Below are positions 49,744-62,121 of a stretch of 64,000 bases of DNA, in pieces (the first letter of the stretch is position 1; each line of letters begins with the position of its first letter). The notes under the pieces were generated by a model. The model was given only the letters and a program-made list of their open reading frames with translations. It was not told where the DNA came from and did no database searches. The DNA is from Cenococcum geophilum (taxonomy: Eukaryota), in contig CP158635.1 of NCBI GenBank assembly GCA_050273025.1, positions 6,014,001-6,078,000 of the forward strand, in the 5' to 3' direction. A program made the translations under genes and the position numbers.

Positions 49744-51745
49744 ATGCCTAAGCCCAACCCACTTAACCACACAAACCACCAAAAAGGTAGCAGCAGTGTC
49801 CCGCGACTAGACGGACCGCCGGTTAGAATGCCTTATAAGCTCTCTAGCGCAAGGTCTAATAACCTCGCCTGCGCTAAGCTGGTTATGGCAGGTGCGTCTA
49901 TACGGCCTGACACTTATATACCTATAGAGGCTTAAAAGGTAAGTAGAATAATTAGTAGTAAAGGCTCCGGAGGCTCTATTTCTATATTAGATTTAATTAA
50001 ATATAAAGTTCTTTTTAATATATCTTACTAAACTGGCTTTTCTGCCTCTATAGTTAGCTTATAGCTAGTAAGATTAATATTTAAGCTTATTAACTAGGGT
50101 ATAGTTTAAGCTCTACTAGAGTTAATATAGTTAATTAAACTACTAGATTATCCTAATTAATAGGAAATATATAGCTATAGTTCTAATTAGCTAGAGGCTC
50201 TTATAATATAGAATTATCTTCATCGTCTAATCTAGTATTATTATTAATTAGAAGAGGGGAGGAAGTAGTTAATTTATAAACCCTATACGGTACTAAAGGA
50301 GTTAAGTAATATATAGATTATAAATTTAATAAGAAGTAGAGGAAGAAACTCTACTACTTAGCTAATATATTTTATATAGGTAATAAAATAGTAAAATTTT
50401 ATATAAAAGATTTGGTTTATAGCGCGTAATAGAGATATTAAGGGAAATCTTTTATTTATATACTAGGAAATATCTTAGTACACGCCCTTATTAAAATTAA
50501 TAAGTATTACTACTTATATTTTAACTAGATATTTCTTAGAGAGGTAGTAGTTACTATAAATAGGATATTCTTAACTTAAGAAGTCTTAATTACTTATTAT
50601 TATAGAGTAAGTTATACCTTAGCTCTAGGTAGTAGATAAGGCTCTATAATAAAACCTATAAAGATTTCCCTTAAATCTTAAACCCTAAATACCCTTCTAC
50701 TACTCTACTATAATATAACTAAACTACTAGCCATTTATATAGATTATAGATAGCTATATAACCCTTTATTTTTATATTATTATAATATATAAGTATATCT
50801 AGGATTAATATATATATTTTTGCGAGCCATTACGGAAGCGAATGCAAGAGTTGAGACATTTATAAGTCCATTGAAGGAGTTAAAGTGCCAGAGTTTGCGA
50901 GGCCTAATGTTGATTTTCAGGATACCAGCAACGTGTACGAGGGAGCAACTCCTGCACGGTGGACGGATGTGAATTCTAGGAAGCATACCGACGAAGATGG
51001 AGAGCGTGAGGATGGAGCATTGGCGAGACGCTTGCAGGAGGAAGAATGGGCTGAACAACCACCGGCCGCGGAGGCGTCGAAAGGGAGTGCGAACAAGACG
51101 TGGGTGCTCCAGTCAACAGCGGTAGTGCCTGTGGGGCAATCTCCACCCTTGAAGCCAGCGCGCCTTGTTCAAGGCCTGCCGCATGGACCGCGGTCGATAC
51201 AATATCAATTCTCTGACACCAAACAGATGGACGACTTCATTCGTGAGCTAGAACGGGGGGTGACCGGGGGTGGCGGGTTGTCGCCGATATTGCCGGGGCG
51301 CTATACGCGAGATCCATCCATTAGGCCGCAAGTCGATATATGTAACATCGGCGAGCCCAGCCACTTACAATTGGAAGACCAACAGGGAAACCCGCTAGTT
51401 GTCAACTTCGAGCAATCAGCATCTAACGTTATACGCGGATAGATGATATATGACGCATTTGCAAGGGTCGGAAAGGAGGTGGTCAAGAGAATGTACCGAA
51501 ACGGGGCTGAGGCGATGGGTATGGAGCATATTATCAACCCACTACTCGATCAGCTCGGTAAGGAACAGGAGAAACAGGACGTTGGGGTAGGGAATCTGGA
51601 TTGGGAAGGACAAGAAGAGGCGGAGTTGCCGCGAGTCTTTTGTCTTTTTGACAAGGACTGGGAAGGACCAAAGGAGGCCGAGCTACCGCGTGATTTTTAT
51701 CTTGACAAAGTCAGAAACCGAAAGGAAAACAGCGAACAGGAGTAG
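49744..51745 (+). pseudogene. Unknown gene: 5' part heavily RIPed (to about 50820), 3' part intact apart from an in-frame TAG at 51440-51442
   Basis: ORFs 50885-51442 and 51443-51745 are in the same frame, separated by one TAG. The frame extends upstream toward RIPed DNA, and a plausible ATG ORF at 49744 is followed by a GTAAGT donor. Confidence 0.5.
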
Positions 51746-52118
51746 AGATTAGACAAGATTCACTAGCGACCTTACAATATAAAGGTCGCACACTATTCCA
51801 TGGCTGGGGTTGCGTATTGATGCTTTCTAGGGCTATGTATTAGCTCCATAACCATTAATGATCATAAGCTGGGTTGAGGTGACGTAGCTAGAAACCTGGG
51901 CATGAAACCTGAGCAATATCCTCCAGACTGAGGAATAAACTCAACTCCAGCTCTGCCTTCCAAAGAATTGACTGCGTCGTGACTTGCAAATCTCTTTCCA
52001 CAGCATACCCATATCCAGCTCAAAAAGGACGAGCTAACGGACCTAGAACCTTGATTTTTGTCCAACCAGAATTATTTCCTACCCATTTCGCCCCCCATGT
52101 CGCTCTTTCACTCGCCAC

Positions 52119-54727
52119 CTAACCTTCAAGCTCCCTTACCATCCTAAGGAATTCAAGCCGTTCTTCGCAACCACCCCAGCCACCCCAGCCATGCTTTTCT
52201 TCAACCCGCTTAATCCCTCTTCCGTCACCACCCTCTAAATCGTGGTCGTCTTGCTTTGTCCAAACGCCTCTCTGGTCCTTCAACCGTGCGCCGGAACTAA
52301 GCGTAGGGATAATAAGACTAGCGAGATGCCCGCGCGTGGACGTCATGCGTAAAGCACTAATGACATTATCCTCAATGTAGCCCTTGGAGACCATGCGAGT
52401 GAGAAAGGCGGAGATAGACGGCCCGTCGAGCGGGGGATCAGGGTCTGCTTCTTCTTCATCTTCCTCCGTTTCTTCTAGGCTATATGTTGCCGGGGGCAGG
52501 GGTGCAGCTGAACGCTGTTGACGTTCTCGTTCTAGAGAGCGGATTTCCCGTATTGAGTATGATGTAGAGTTTGATTCTGCCGGGAGCGGTGGCGAGGAAG
52601 GCGGTGCGGCGGAAAGGCTACGGCTTTGGGTAAATCCGCCTTCAGGCTCAGGGAGGGACAGGTCAAGAGGCTGAGTTTCCACCGAGAGGATCGCTTGTGT
52701 ATCTAGAGAGGTAGGTGCCTGGTGACGGCGGGCGCGTGGAGTCGGAGTAGGTGACATAGTGTTGTCCCAACCACCTTCCGGAGGTGCGAGATCGAAGTCC
52801 ATATTCAGTATGGCGTCTAGAGATGCTGAGAGTTGTGGATTTTCATGCTCCAATTCGTTTTGAGGAATTTGGGGTTGCTGTGGCTGGGGAAGAGACTGAG
52901 CAAGGTACTCTTCTTCCCCACCTCCATCATTGATGACATCTTCGTAGGCGGTGTACTGCGTTTGAAGTTTTTCAGGGAGATAGTCATCATCCTGCTTCTC
53001 CTGCTCCTCCCCCTCCTCCTCGTCACATTCCTTGTCATCCGACACCTCAATATATCCAGGACTAGGCTTTGTCACAGACGCAATTTCATCTTCTTCTGTG
53101 TCATTGTCTTGAACAAATAATGGACTTTCATGCCGTTGCTTCTTCTTTCTGTGTAATACGTCGACTTGTTGTTGGGCATCTGAGATTTCGTCATCCCGAT
53201 ATCGTTTCTTGGACTAAATTGGTCAGTTTCGGGAGGAAAGCACGTTCTGTATTTACACATACTGCGTTTTCTAGGTCCTTCTCTAATTCATATCGTTCTC
53301 TATCAGCTTGTTCCATAGCATTATAAGATGCTTGGTCTTCTTCAGACATAGCATTCCACTTAGGAAGAAGCACCTTATGGCGAGCAGCTGTAAGTATAAA
53401 AGTCAGTTAGAAGGTTCACATGGCCTGCTGTGACAAATAACTCACTAAAATCACTTGAGTCTACACCCATCACTATATCCATGTTGTTCTCGACAAAAAA
53501 CTTATATGCCTTCATCGGTGGTTTCCCTTGGCGCTCCTTTGCTAATTTTTCAACGAGAAAAGCGTGAGATTTGGAACTTTCAGTTTCTACATTCTCAGAA
53601 GAAACAGCCTTGCCATCTTCTATAGCGTCCACTGCGCGTAGGAAGTTCGGAGAGGGAGGCGTTCTGAATCCACTTTTCTTTAGCGGTGTTGCATTTTCGA
53701 CTTGTGGCACCTCTGATCGTGTGGATTTTTGAGCTTCTGGCCTTGTAGATGGTTCCCCAGTGGAAGTAGTAGCCGTTTGCTCATGATTCCCATCCCGCTT
53801 ATCTTCCTTCGCCTTACGATCCTTTCCCCACTGGGGCAAGACTTTCTTCTCATAATATGTCCGCCACTGTTCCGCGCTGTGGGAGGTTTCTTTCGCCCAC
53901 AGGTCCCAAGCCTGGAGATATGTTGCAACTCTGCAATCCAGGATTGAGGGAACGTTTTCATAGAGGTCGTCCCAGTCCTGCTTCGTGAATTTGGGCGACT
54001 CAACTGGGTTCGTCGCTTCTCCCATCCTAACATTCTCTCCCGCACGTATAGACCCAAATTTCTTTTTGGCTTTGGGTAGGTTCGCGGTTACTCGTTCAAC
54101 GGGTTGATCGGAGGGGGGTGAAGGAGGATTCGTGGACACAAATGCAGAAGATGGCTTATTCATGAGTTGCTTGATATAGCGGTCGCGCCATGACTGCCAC
54201 GGGTGCCGTGGATTCTGCAGTCGTCAATTATAATATAAGAGATAGCTAAGGTGATGAGCCCATACCTCTGTCTCCAACTGCTTATAGATCTCATTACCAG
54301 ATATAGCGCCACTCTTCCGTTCATGATCTTTAACCCAATTGTACAACTGCCTGTCATCCTCGGCTGTATACGGCACCCGGCTGCTCTTCGCAGATATGGA
54401 TGAACCAATGTCTCGAACAGTGCCTTCTGGGGGTCCAGCACGGTAATTTTCGGGATTTTCTCGTTCTCCCCTACGAATTGATTGCTCTATGAACTCGTAT
54501 GATATGCCACCAGGAGGAACATTCTTACGTACGTGATCAACAATTAGATAGTCTGCCTGCTTCTCGAGAGGCACAATTTGGCCGCCGTTACTCTTAACCT
54601 TGTCGATAAAGCTGGAGCGCATGGGACACCGCTGGGAGATCCAGAATTTCAAACCATCAAACAGTTGGCCTTGTATATCGGAGTCCTTAGCAACATTGTT
54701 GTAGACTATTCGCGCGTGTTCTGTCAT
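52119..54727 (-). CDS. RAP1: Telomere-associated protein Rap1 (BRCT, Myb, C-terminal RCT domain) with an internal HMG-box-like segment, four exons
   Basis: BRCT LFDGLKFWISQRCPMRSSFIDKVKSNGG; Myb YTAEDDRQL..SGNEIYKQLE..NPRHPWQSWRDRYIK; RCT ALRMTS..GVWTKQDD..L..KHG..RLEFL. Introns 54215-54265, 53388-53445 and about 53214-53262 keep one frame. Confidence 0.9.
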
Positions 54728-54998
54728 CGTGTTACGTACGGTACCGATGCGGAGGCCGACTTTCGGTTGACGCGTTTTCACGCGACATCAACGGTCTTGG
54801 CGAAGATGGGTCGGACTGGGTTGTGCTTCACTACAGTGGCCTCAAGTCAGACGGTAGAGGAGGAAGAACACCAAAGGGCACACGGATCATACCATCAACC
54901 AGCAGAAACTAAGCTTGCTTGCAACAAAAATCTGGATATCTCCACACACGAAGTCTTACCCCGCTATGCCGGCCTAAAGAACCGTCACAGCTCCGGAG
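54728..54998. promoter_or_regulatory. Probable bidirectional promoter between RAP1 and SWF1
   Basis: Only 271 bp separate the two divergent ATGs; function is inferred. Confidence 0.5.
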
Positions 54999-56448
54999 AT
55001 GGCTCTCATACGAGACATTACCATATTTACACTCTCCATCTCCTTCGTCACCTTCGTCGCCTTCTTTGGGAGATTGCCAACCCTCAGGTACTTCTCCAAG
55101 GATTCTGAAATTGATCGCTAAACTGACATGCCCCCCAGAAATACCCCCATTGGCTTCCTTCATCGTCTATTATGTATCCACATGCCGAAGCTTCTCTTCA
55201 GAATCGATTTACTCCTTACGAATGGTCGTATCGCAAGTGGTGGTTTTCGACTTGGGAACCACCTTATGTATGAAAAGCATCCAGCTGTAATAGTATGCTC
55301 TATAGGCCTCCTTAAGCCTTGTCGAACAACTGACCTTCCAGATCTTCTTTCTCGGCCTTATCACAGGGAGCGTTGTTCTCTTTGTACCAGCTGTATGGTC
55401 AAGCCTCCCCACAAAACAACGCCTACCTATACCGCTCCTGATACCTCTACCTTATCTTTTTACTTATCTCTGCGCCCGTCGCAACACCCAAACCCACATC
55501 ACAAATTCAAACCATGCGGAACAAATGCGATACTACACATACGACCGCATATTATACTACCCAGGCCACCACTGCCGGACCTGCCGCTTCTTGAAGCCTG
55601 CAAGGAGCAAACACTGTAGTATCTGCAAAACGTGCGTCGCGCGGGCCGATCACCACTGCGTATGGGTAAATAATTGCGTAGGTCGAGGAAATTACAGATG
55701 GTTTCTCTCCTTACTTCTTTCAACCGGCATACTTCTAGCATATGGCGCTTATCTGGCTTACTTTGTTCTCGCGCCGCAAGTCCAAGCTCATTATACAAAG
55801 TACGAATACTACTACAAGTTCCCCGACCCGATCCCCAGATCTACGCCGCCGAGCGGCTTTAGCAAACTCACAACGCACTTCACAATATTCTTTCATTATC
55901 TTACAACTTACCTTAGTATCGCGCTTAATCTCGGCTCGCTCGAAGTCTCTGGCGTTGGTCTTCTAGCTCTTCTGACATGGCCTATGCCACTCGGGCTCCT
56001 CGGCTATCATGTCTACCTAATATGGGCAGGCATGACGACAAACGAGAGCAGCAAATGGGCCGATTGGAGAGATGATATGGATGATGGTGTGGTATTCCTT
56101 GGCTTGCGGGAACCGGAGTCCGATTTAGGGCTCCCCCAGCTTGGTAGTGCACAGGAAAATGATTTGGAGTACAGGAATAGTATGAGTTTAAACGAAACAT
56201 ATCATCATGTTACTCCAGTCATTGTTGCGCCAATGGAAGATGAAGTTGTAGAGCCACCCACCACCTGGCCTTTGCAGAGTCGCCATATTCTCGTAAGAAC
56301 GATGGATGGTCAACCACCGCAAAACTTACCAAAGCATTTGAAAGACGTGGTACAAGAGAAGAGTTGGAAGAAATGCTGGAAATTGGGACAAGTAGAAAAC
56401 GTTTATGACTTAGGATTTTGGGACAACTTTGCAGAGGCCATGAAATAG
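54999..56448 (+). CDS. SWF1: DHHC palmitoyltransferase, Swf1-like
   Basis: N-terminus [15 protein letters not shown] / [51 protein letters not shown] motif; C-terminal [10 protein letters not shown]; two 5' introns. Confidence 0.9.
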
Positions 56449-57200
56449 ACATAGGAAAGTGCAATTATCCTACAAATGAGGCGCGCTGCTCGATGAATTT
56501 TATTGTGCTATACACTGTTTCTCAAACAACGCCACAAAATCTATCTCGTGCCATTGCGGACTTTCAGATGAATTCCCATTCCTAACCTTCATCTTGGGGG
56601 TTTTGCTCATATTTATTCCGTCCTATGGTTATCGATAAGACCCAACCTAATAGCCAATCGGATTAAGTTGGAATGCCCAATTGCTATTTTGCCAGTGCAC
56701 GGATCGTTAACTAAAGGCGCCTAAGCCAAATAGATTCGCGGAGTTAGGATAGCATTTGTCCGCGTATACAATTTTTTTTGGGATCTACCCGGCGCTTTCA
56801 ACCCCCCTCCTGCGGAGGGGGGCCGCCACCTCAAACGCTTTTGTGGCGTTGTGGTGGCAGACATTTCCAGTGTCGATTAAGAGCGTCCGTCGAAATCGTC
56901 GGAGAAAATGAAAACAGAGACATGAGGGAACGCAGGGTATGCAATATTCAAAGCTGAGATGTGCATGGATGTCATTGGAGAGAGTCTGCCTTGTGGACAA
57001 TCCCCACCTACTTAGGCGACCCAATCCTTCATCATTATACTCTTGAGAAGACATAGCTCCACATAGAATACAGATATAATGCTTATACGAAAAATTTCTG
57101 CTGCTTCAGTGATAACTCTAAAATAAACAACGATGCTCCCCCTCATTTCATCCCCTACTAGACACTTATCCTTAGACAACACTAGCAACACCTCTTTATA

Positions 57201-57994
57201 ATGAAAATCATTCTCACAGGTAGTGCCGGCTTCACTGGCGGCGAAGTTTTGGCACAATGCCTTAAGAATCCAGCTATTACATTTGCCGTCGTGCTATCGC
57301 GGCGAGAGCTATCAAAAGAGATCAGTGATCCTAGACTGAAAGTGATAATTATGAAGAGCTTTACCCAGTATCCTGATTCGGTGCTAGAAGAGCTGGCTGG
57401 AGCCGATGCTTGTATATAGTACATCAACCTCGTCCTTTTAGCAGCTAGTTTTTTTAGTATCTTCTTGAAAATTAACCTATTTACAGGGCTATGGGTTCGA
57501 CTGTGGGCAACCCAGTGCTTGAGATCGACTACCCCCTCGCTTTTTCCAAAGCCTTTGCGAAGACTCTCCCGGCACATAAAAAGAAATTCCGCTATCTGCA
57601 TGTAAGCGGTGCTGTGGTAGAGACGGACCAGGAGAAGCTGTTATGGTTTTTCTGAGACGCACGAAGGGTCAGGATAAGGGATTGATCTGAATTACCCTTT
57701 CATGGCTGATGACGTTTCGTATATGCAGGGCAGGGCACAGACTCTCCTCGTAGACTTTTCAAAGCAAAATGATACTGAGGGTCTCTGGAGACCTTTATTG
57801 CCAGACCCGGGTCTGTTCAGCCAAAGAGCGGTGCTACGGGAGCTATCTTAACGTATGTCCTAGGCACGACTTTATCTATCCGCGTTGGTGAGTTGGCTAT
57901 TGCCATGATAGATACGGTGTTGAATGGGACAGGCTCGAAAATACAGAGTAATCCTGAACTGCTTGAAAGAGGCAGAGCATTGTTGAAGGGGTGA
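57201..57994 (+). pseudogene. NAD(P)-binding Rossmann (epimerase-like) pseudogene
   Basis: MKIILTGSAGFTGGEVL N-terminus. Lesions: spliced Trp codon now TAG (57417), in-frame TGA near 57652, second donor reads AT instead of GT (about 57673), frameshift near 57790. Confidence 0.75.
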
Positions 57995-58231
57995 TTCATA
58001 AGAGAGTATGTGTTTGGATCAAAGAGAGCTGTATGCTTGCTATTTATAAGGGCTGATTGGGCCCTCCAAAATGCCCTTTTGTCCATTATCTACTTTGCGA
58101 AATTATTGATTAATACATGCCGTCGCATATATCCTCACTCTTTAGCCAAATCACCACTAGAAGAACACCTAATTATTTAATCTCACGAAGCCTAAACATC
58201 GACAGAGGAAAAACTAGGGAAAACTAGGGGG

Positions 58232-59464
58232 TTACAGGTGTGGCTTCGCCTGCTCCTCGCTCCAAGCCCAGAACTTCTCTGCAGTCCCGCTTCCGCCTTC
58301 TTCCTTCGATTTCGCCGCTTCTGCAATATCCTTTCGAATGTCTGCGAGTCGACCCCAAGGGATCACTATGAATACCATTAGTACCAACTATTTGGAGAAC
58401 GGGATTAATTGTATACGACACACCTCATCCGCCAGACTGGCCCATTGAAATTTCCGGAGAAAGTCCAGCATATAGCTCGGTATATGCGCCATAAATCGGG
58501 GTATATGAAATCCGGTGCCCAAGCCATTTTGCCGGGCTGGATAGGTGACGCTGAAGTTCTGTTATCAAGTTTCCGGGATTCAAGCTCTGAGATTCTAATT
58601 AGGATAGCTTTTCGGCGAGATGAAGGTTAACGCACTAAACTGACGATCCTATCCTCCTTATGTAACCTGGAATACTGCTGAGAATGTAGCACATTACCTG
58701 CTTTGCTAACAGTATATTTTGTCGATGGTGATTGATCTTTCTTGTAATCTAGATTATTCATATCCAGACCACCTTTAGGAGATGCAAGTCCGGCCGCTAA
58801 GGAGGATACCCAAATGACCCTAACAGACCCGAGAGGAGCAGTCTGTGCAGTATGTGTGAGTATTGGCGTTAGAAGTTTGGTGAATAAGAATGGCGCCACG
58901 TTGTTCGTCCCCAGCTGAAGTTCGTAGCCTTGCTTAGTCTTCGAGCCTTGCGGTGGCATCATTACGCCAGCGTTGTTCCAGAGAACGTCGAGCTTGTCTT
59001 CTTTACTTAAGAACTCTTCCGCGGATTTCTTGATAGTGGTAAGATCGTTAAGGTCGAGGTGTAAGAATATAAGCTCGCCTTTCGACTTTGGGAGATTGGA
59101 TTTAATCTGCTGAATGGCCTTCGAACCTTTGTCCTTTGAGCGACCTGCTACGTAAACCTTTGCATTGCGAGAGTAGAGGATCTGCGCAATCTCTTTGCCT
59201 ACACCGGAAGTGGCACCAGTAACGATGAAAACCTACAGATATTAGCCCCTCTTTCCAGGATACAGTGACATACGAAGAATAAGGCAAGCCATGGGAAGCA
59301 GGCATGGGTGTTATCTCGAGGAGATAAACGAGACTTATGTTCCGACTAGAATGCTGTCTAGGGCACAAGAAGTCTTAGCAGCTTACCTTGCCAGCTTGAT
59401 CTGTGACATCATTCTCAGAAAACTGCGGAGATGGTGGAAACATTTGACTGAGTGTGTTGCCCAT
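58232..59464 (-). pseudogene. Short-chain dehydrogenase/reductase (retinol dehydrogenase-like) with a premature TGA at 58425-58427
   Basis: Motifs VFIVTGATSGVG, LDLNDL, LWNNAGVM, Y.VSK and SLNPG; three introns. TGA stands where Trp is expected just before the last intron and removes the VIPWGR...FWAWSEEQ exon. Confidence 0.75.
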
Positions 59465-59912
59465 ATTGACGGTTAAAGAAAAGATCAAGGGGGTAAGTAT
59501 GAGTAATTGTGTGTTACAGCAAATTACGAGGAGCACTCTTAAGTTAAATATTTTGGTTTCTCCGACGCTCGGCGGATGAGAGATTGTGTTAAAAGGGGCT
59601 GCACATGGACGTGATACCTATGCATACCGCGTTGGTACGCAGCATGGGTAGACCGATATTAGTCGACATTGTTATCAGATATTGAATTGTTCGCTGGGGC
59701 TTGTCCGCTGAGACTTCAGCCGTTTTGGCTATGTTCGGGATCGGAATCAGTCCTTGGAATCCAACAGACCTTAACTGTTAGTTGTAGACCTAAGAAAATC
59801 TTGTATAATTGAAGTGGTGAATACATCGAGCCTCTACTGAATTTCTTGAAATAGTGTGTATCGCGGGCACCTATTTAGTGAGGCGTAGAAGGACAGCGAC
59901 TGGGTGTCTGTA

Positions 59913-60151
59913 CAGCGTAGAAATAAGCGGCCGATATTGGCACATGCGCAACCACTAAAAATCGATTCCCGAAGATATATTACTACTCTAATACTTTGTC
60001 ATTTGCTCATTACGTCTTTTATAATCGTGTAGACGCTTTATATAGTACTTGTATATATTCTAAATCATCTTCTAGTCCATCTCCTCCTCAAACAATCGTC
60101 GATTTTTGGTGGTTGCGCACGTGCCAATATCGGCCGCTTATTTCTACGCTG
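59913..60151. mobile_element. Tc1/mariner-type MITE (239 bp)
   Basis: 53-bp TIRs cagcgtagaaataagcggccgatattggcac... with 2 mismatches; TA on both sides. Confidence 0.9.
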
Positions 60152-60153
60152 TA

Positions 60154-61265
60154 CAGGGTGTTTATCTCATGAATCAGACGCTCCGCAGAAGATTTGTTCC
60201 GTGACATGGGATAACGCATAGACCCTCTTCTGGACCAATTAGAACAGCGCACTAATTTCAGCCCCCTGCGCACCCCTGTCACCTGACAAAATCTTCTGCG
60301 GAGCGTCTGAGAGCTTATGGGCGTCGCTTTGGTGAGAATTGAATGTTTTAAAAATCAAATTTTGTATATTTTTACGAGCGACGTCCTAACCACAAGACTT
60401 ATTATATATTTTATTGATGCAATAGATTCTTTAGATAATTATATCTATATATTTATAAATTATAACCCCCTACTAAGAACACTAGGGGGCGAGATACATC
60501 GTTGTAAAACGTAAGTTAGATATTGGATTTAAATGTTTACTAAAACCAACTAACTACCTATATCTAACTTCTCATAAAATAGAGCTAGAATATTACTATA
60601 ATATAGAGGCGATAGAGGAGACAAAGGGCTTTTAGCTCGTACTATTTTAGAAGTAATTAGACATAGAGAAGTATGTAAGTTTTAGCAGTAAGGCAAGATT
60701 GCGATAAAATGGACTAAAACGACCGACTACCTATATCTAACTTCTCATAGAATAGAGCTACGATATTGCTATAATATAGAGGCGATAGAGAAGAAAAAGA
60801 GCTTTTAGCTCGTATTATTTTAGAGATAATTAGACGTAGAGAAGTATATAAGGCATAGCAGTAAGGCAAAATTGCGACGAGAAAATGCGACCGACAAGAA
60901 AACACAACCAATAAGAAAAAATTGCAACTGATATAACTAACTATATAATATAGCTACAACGTTATTATTTAATGCAATAGATAGAGAAATTAAAGAGCTC
61001 CTATCTTATAGTATTTTTATAATAACTAGACGTTATAAAAGGGTTAAGATACGCGTTATAGTGGAAGAGTTATCGCCTAACAAAAAACATTGAGTTCTCA
61101 TACAAAGGGCGCCCATAAGCTCTCAGACCCTCGGGGAGAAATTCCTCTTAGTGTGATCTGATTGGTCCAGGAGTCCACAGGACTAGGGTAAGGTCCACAA
61201 GCGTAGCGCTAGTCTTTCCACGTCGTAGCGCAATTTCTCCCCGGGGGTCTGATTTATGAGATAAC
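60154..61265. mobile_element. Degenerate mariner-like non-autonomous element with a RIPed core
   Basis: Starts TA|CAGGGTGTTTATCTCATGAATCAGAC; partial inverted match gtctgatttatgagataa at about 61247-61264; inner inverted repeat gtctgagagcttatgggcg (about 60305) / cgcccataagctctcagac (about 61110); AT-rich interior with a direct duplication. Confidence 0.65.
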
Positions 61266-61414
61266 AGGGTGTGTCGGATGGAGGTCGGATCAAGGCGCTC
61301 GGACGCGGAGTTTAGCCAGGCACGACCCAATGACGACTCCTCCACGAGAAATAAATACACAACATTAGAGAGCTACCAATACACAATATTCTCTAACTTT
61401 GGCCCATCCTAGCA

Positions 61415-62121
61415 ATGTCTGGCTACGAAGGCATGTAGCGACTACTATTCTAACCAGAAGAACATTCTAACTCGCCACAGTCGAGCATAACATCCCCGCG
61501 AACGAACCCAGGCCTGCCCGTCGCCCCGACCTATCCACCTTCTTCTCCACCCTCGAGCTTATCGATACGTCCGACGAGCAAGGTCATCACAATGTGCACG
61601 CACTACCTCAGCCCGACGATATGACCGCAGCGTACCGGCTGCTTGCGAACGCATTCGAGATGATGCGAGGTGGAGATTCTGGGCAGGAACAGCAGGATGG
61701 CGGAAACGATCTACTGGCGACTATGGTCCAAAGCTTAATGGAGAGTGCCAATGACCCGCCGCGCGAGCTGCAGGGCGTGCCAAATAGCTTTCTCGATGAG
61801 CTAGAAAGGGTGCCGAAGAAGGCGTTGAAGAAGACGGATACCTGTCCAATATGCTGCAACCCATTCCTTGATGGTAATACTCTAAGACTTGAACAAGGAT
61901 ATAAGATAATACAGAAGCTAATGGTGTCGCATGCAGATGAGTACCCACTTGTAGTTCAGTTACCTTGTCACAAAGATCACCGCTTCGATCTTGATTGCAT
62001 ACGGCCTTGGCTGAAGCTTAACTCTACTTGCCCGCTCGATCGCAAGGTTTTGACCAAGAAGGAGCCACCTGTGCTGGAGAAGGATGATGATGATGGCGAG
62101 TGGGACGATATGTATGCCTGA
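61415..62121 (+). CDS. Small RING-H2 finger protein (putative E3 ligase), three exons
   Basis: MSGYE/VEHN start, RRPDLSTFF, CPIC..FLDDEYPLVVQLPCHKDHRFDLDCIRPWLKLNSTCPLDR. GC-AG intron 61431-61480 and GT-AG intron 61874-61936. Confidence 0.9.

Noticed and set aside
56802..56822. GC-rich hairpin cccccctcc-tgc-ggagggggg downstream of SWF1
   Set aside because: Isolated low-complexity stem with no ncRNA or Helitron hallmarks that I could support.
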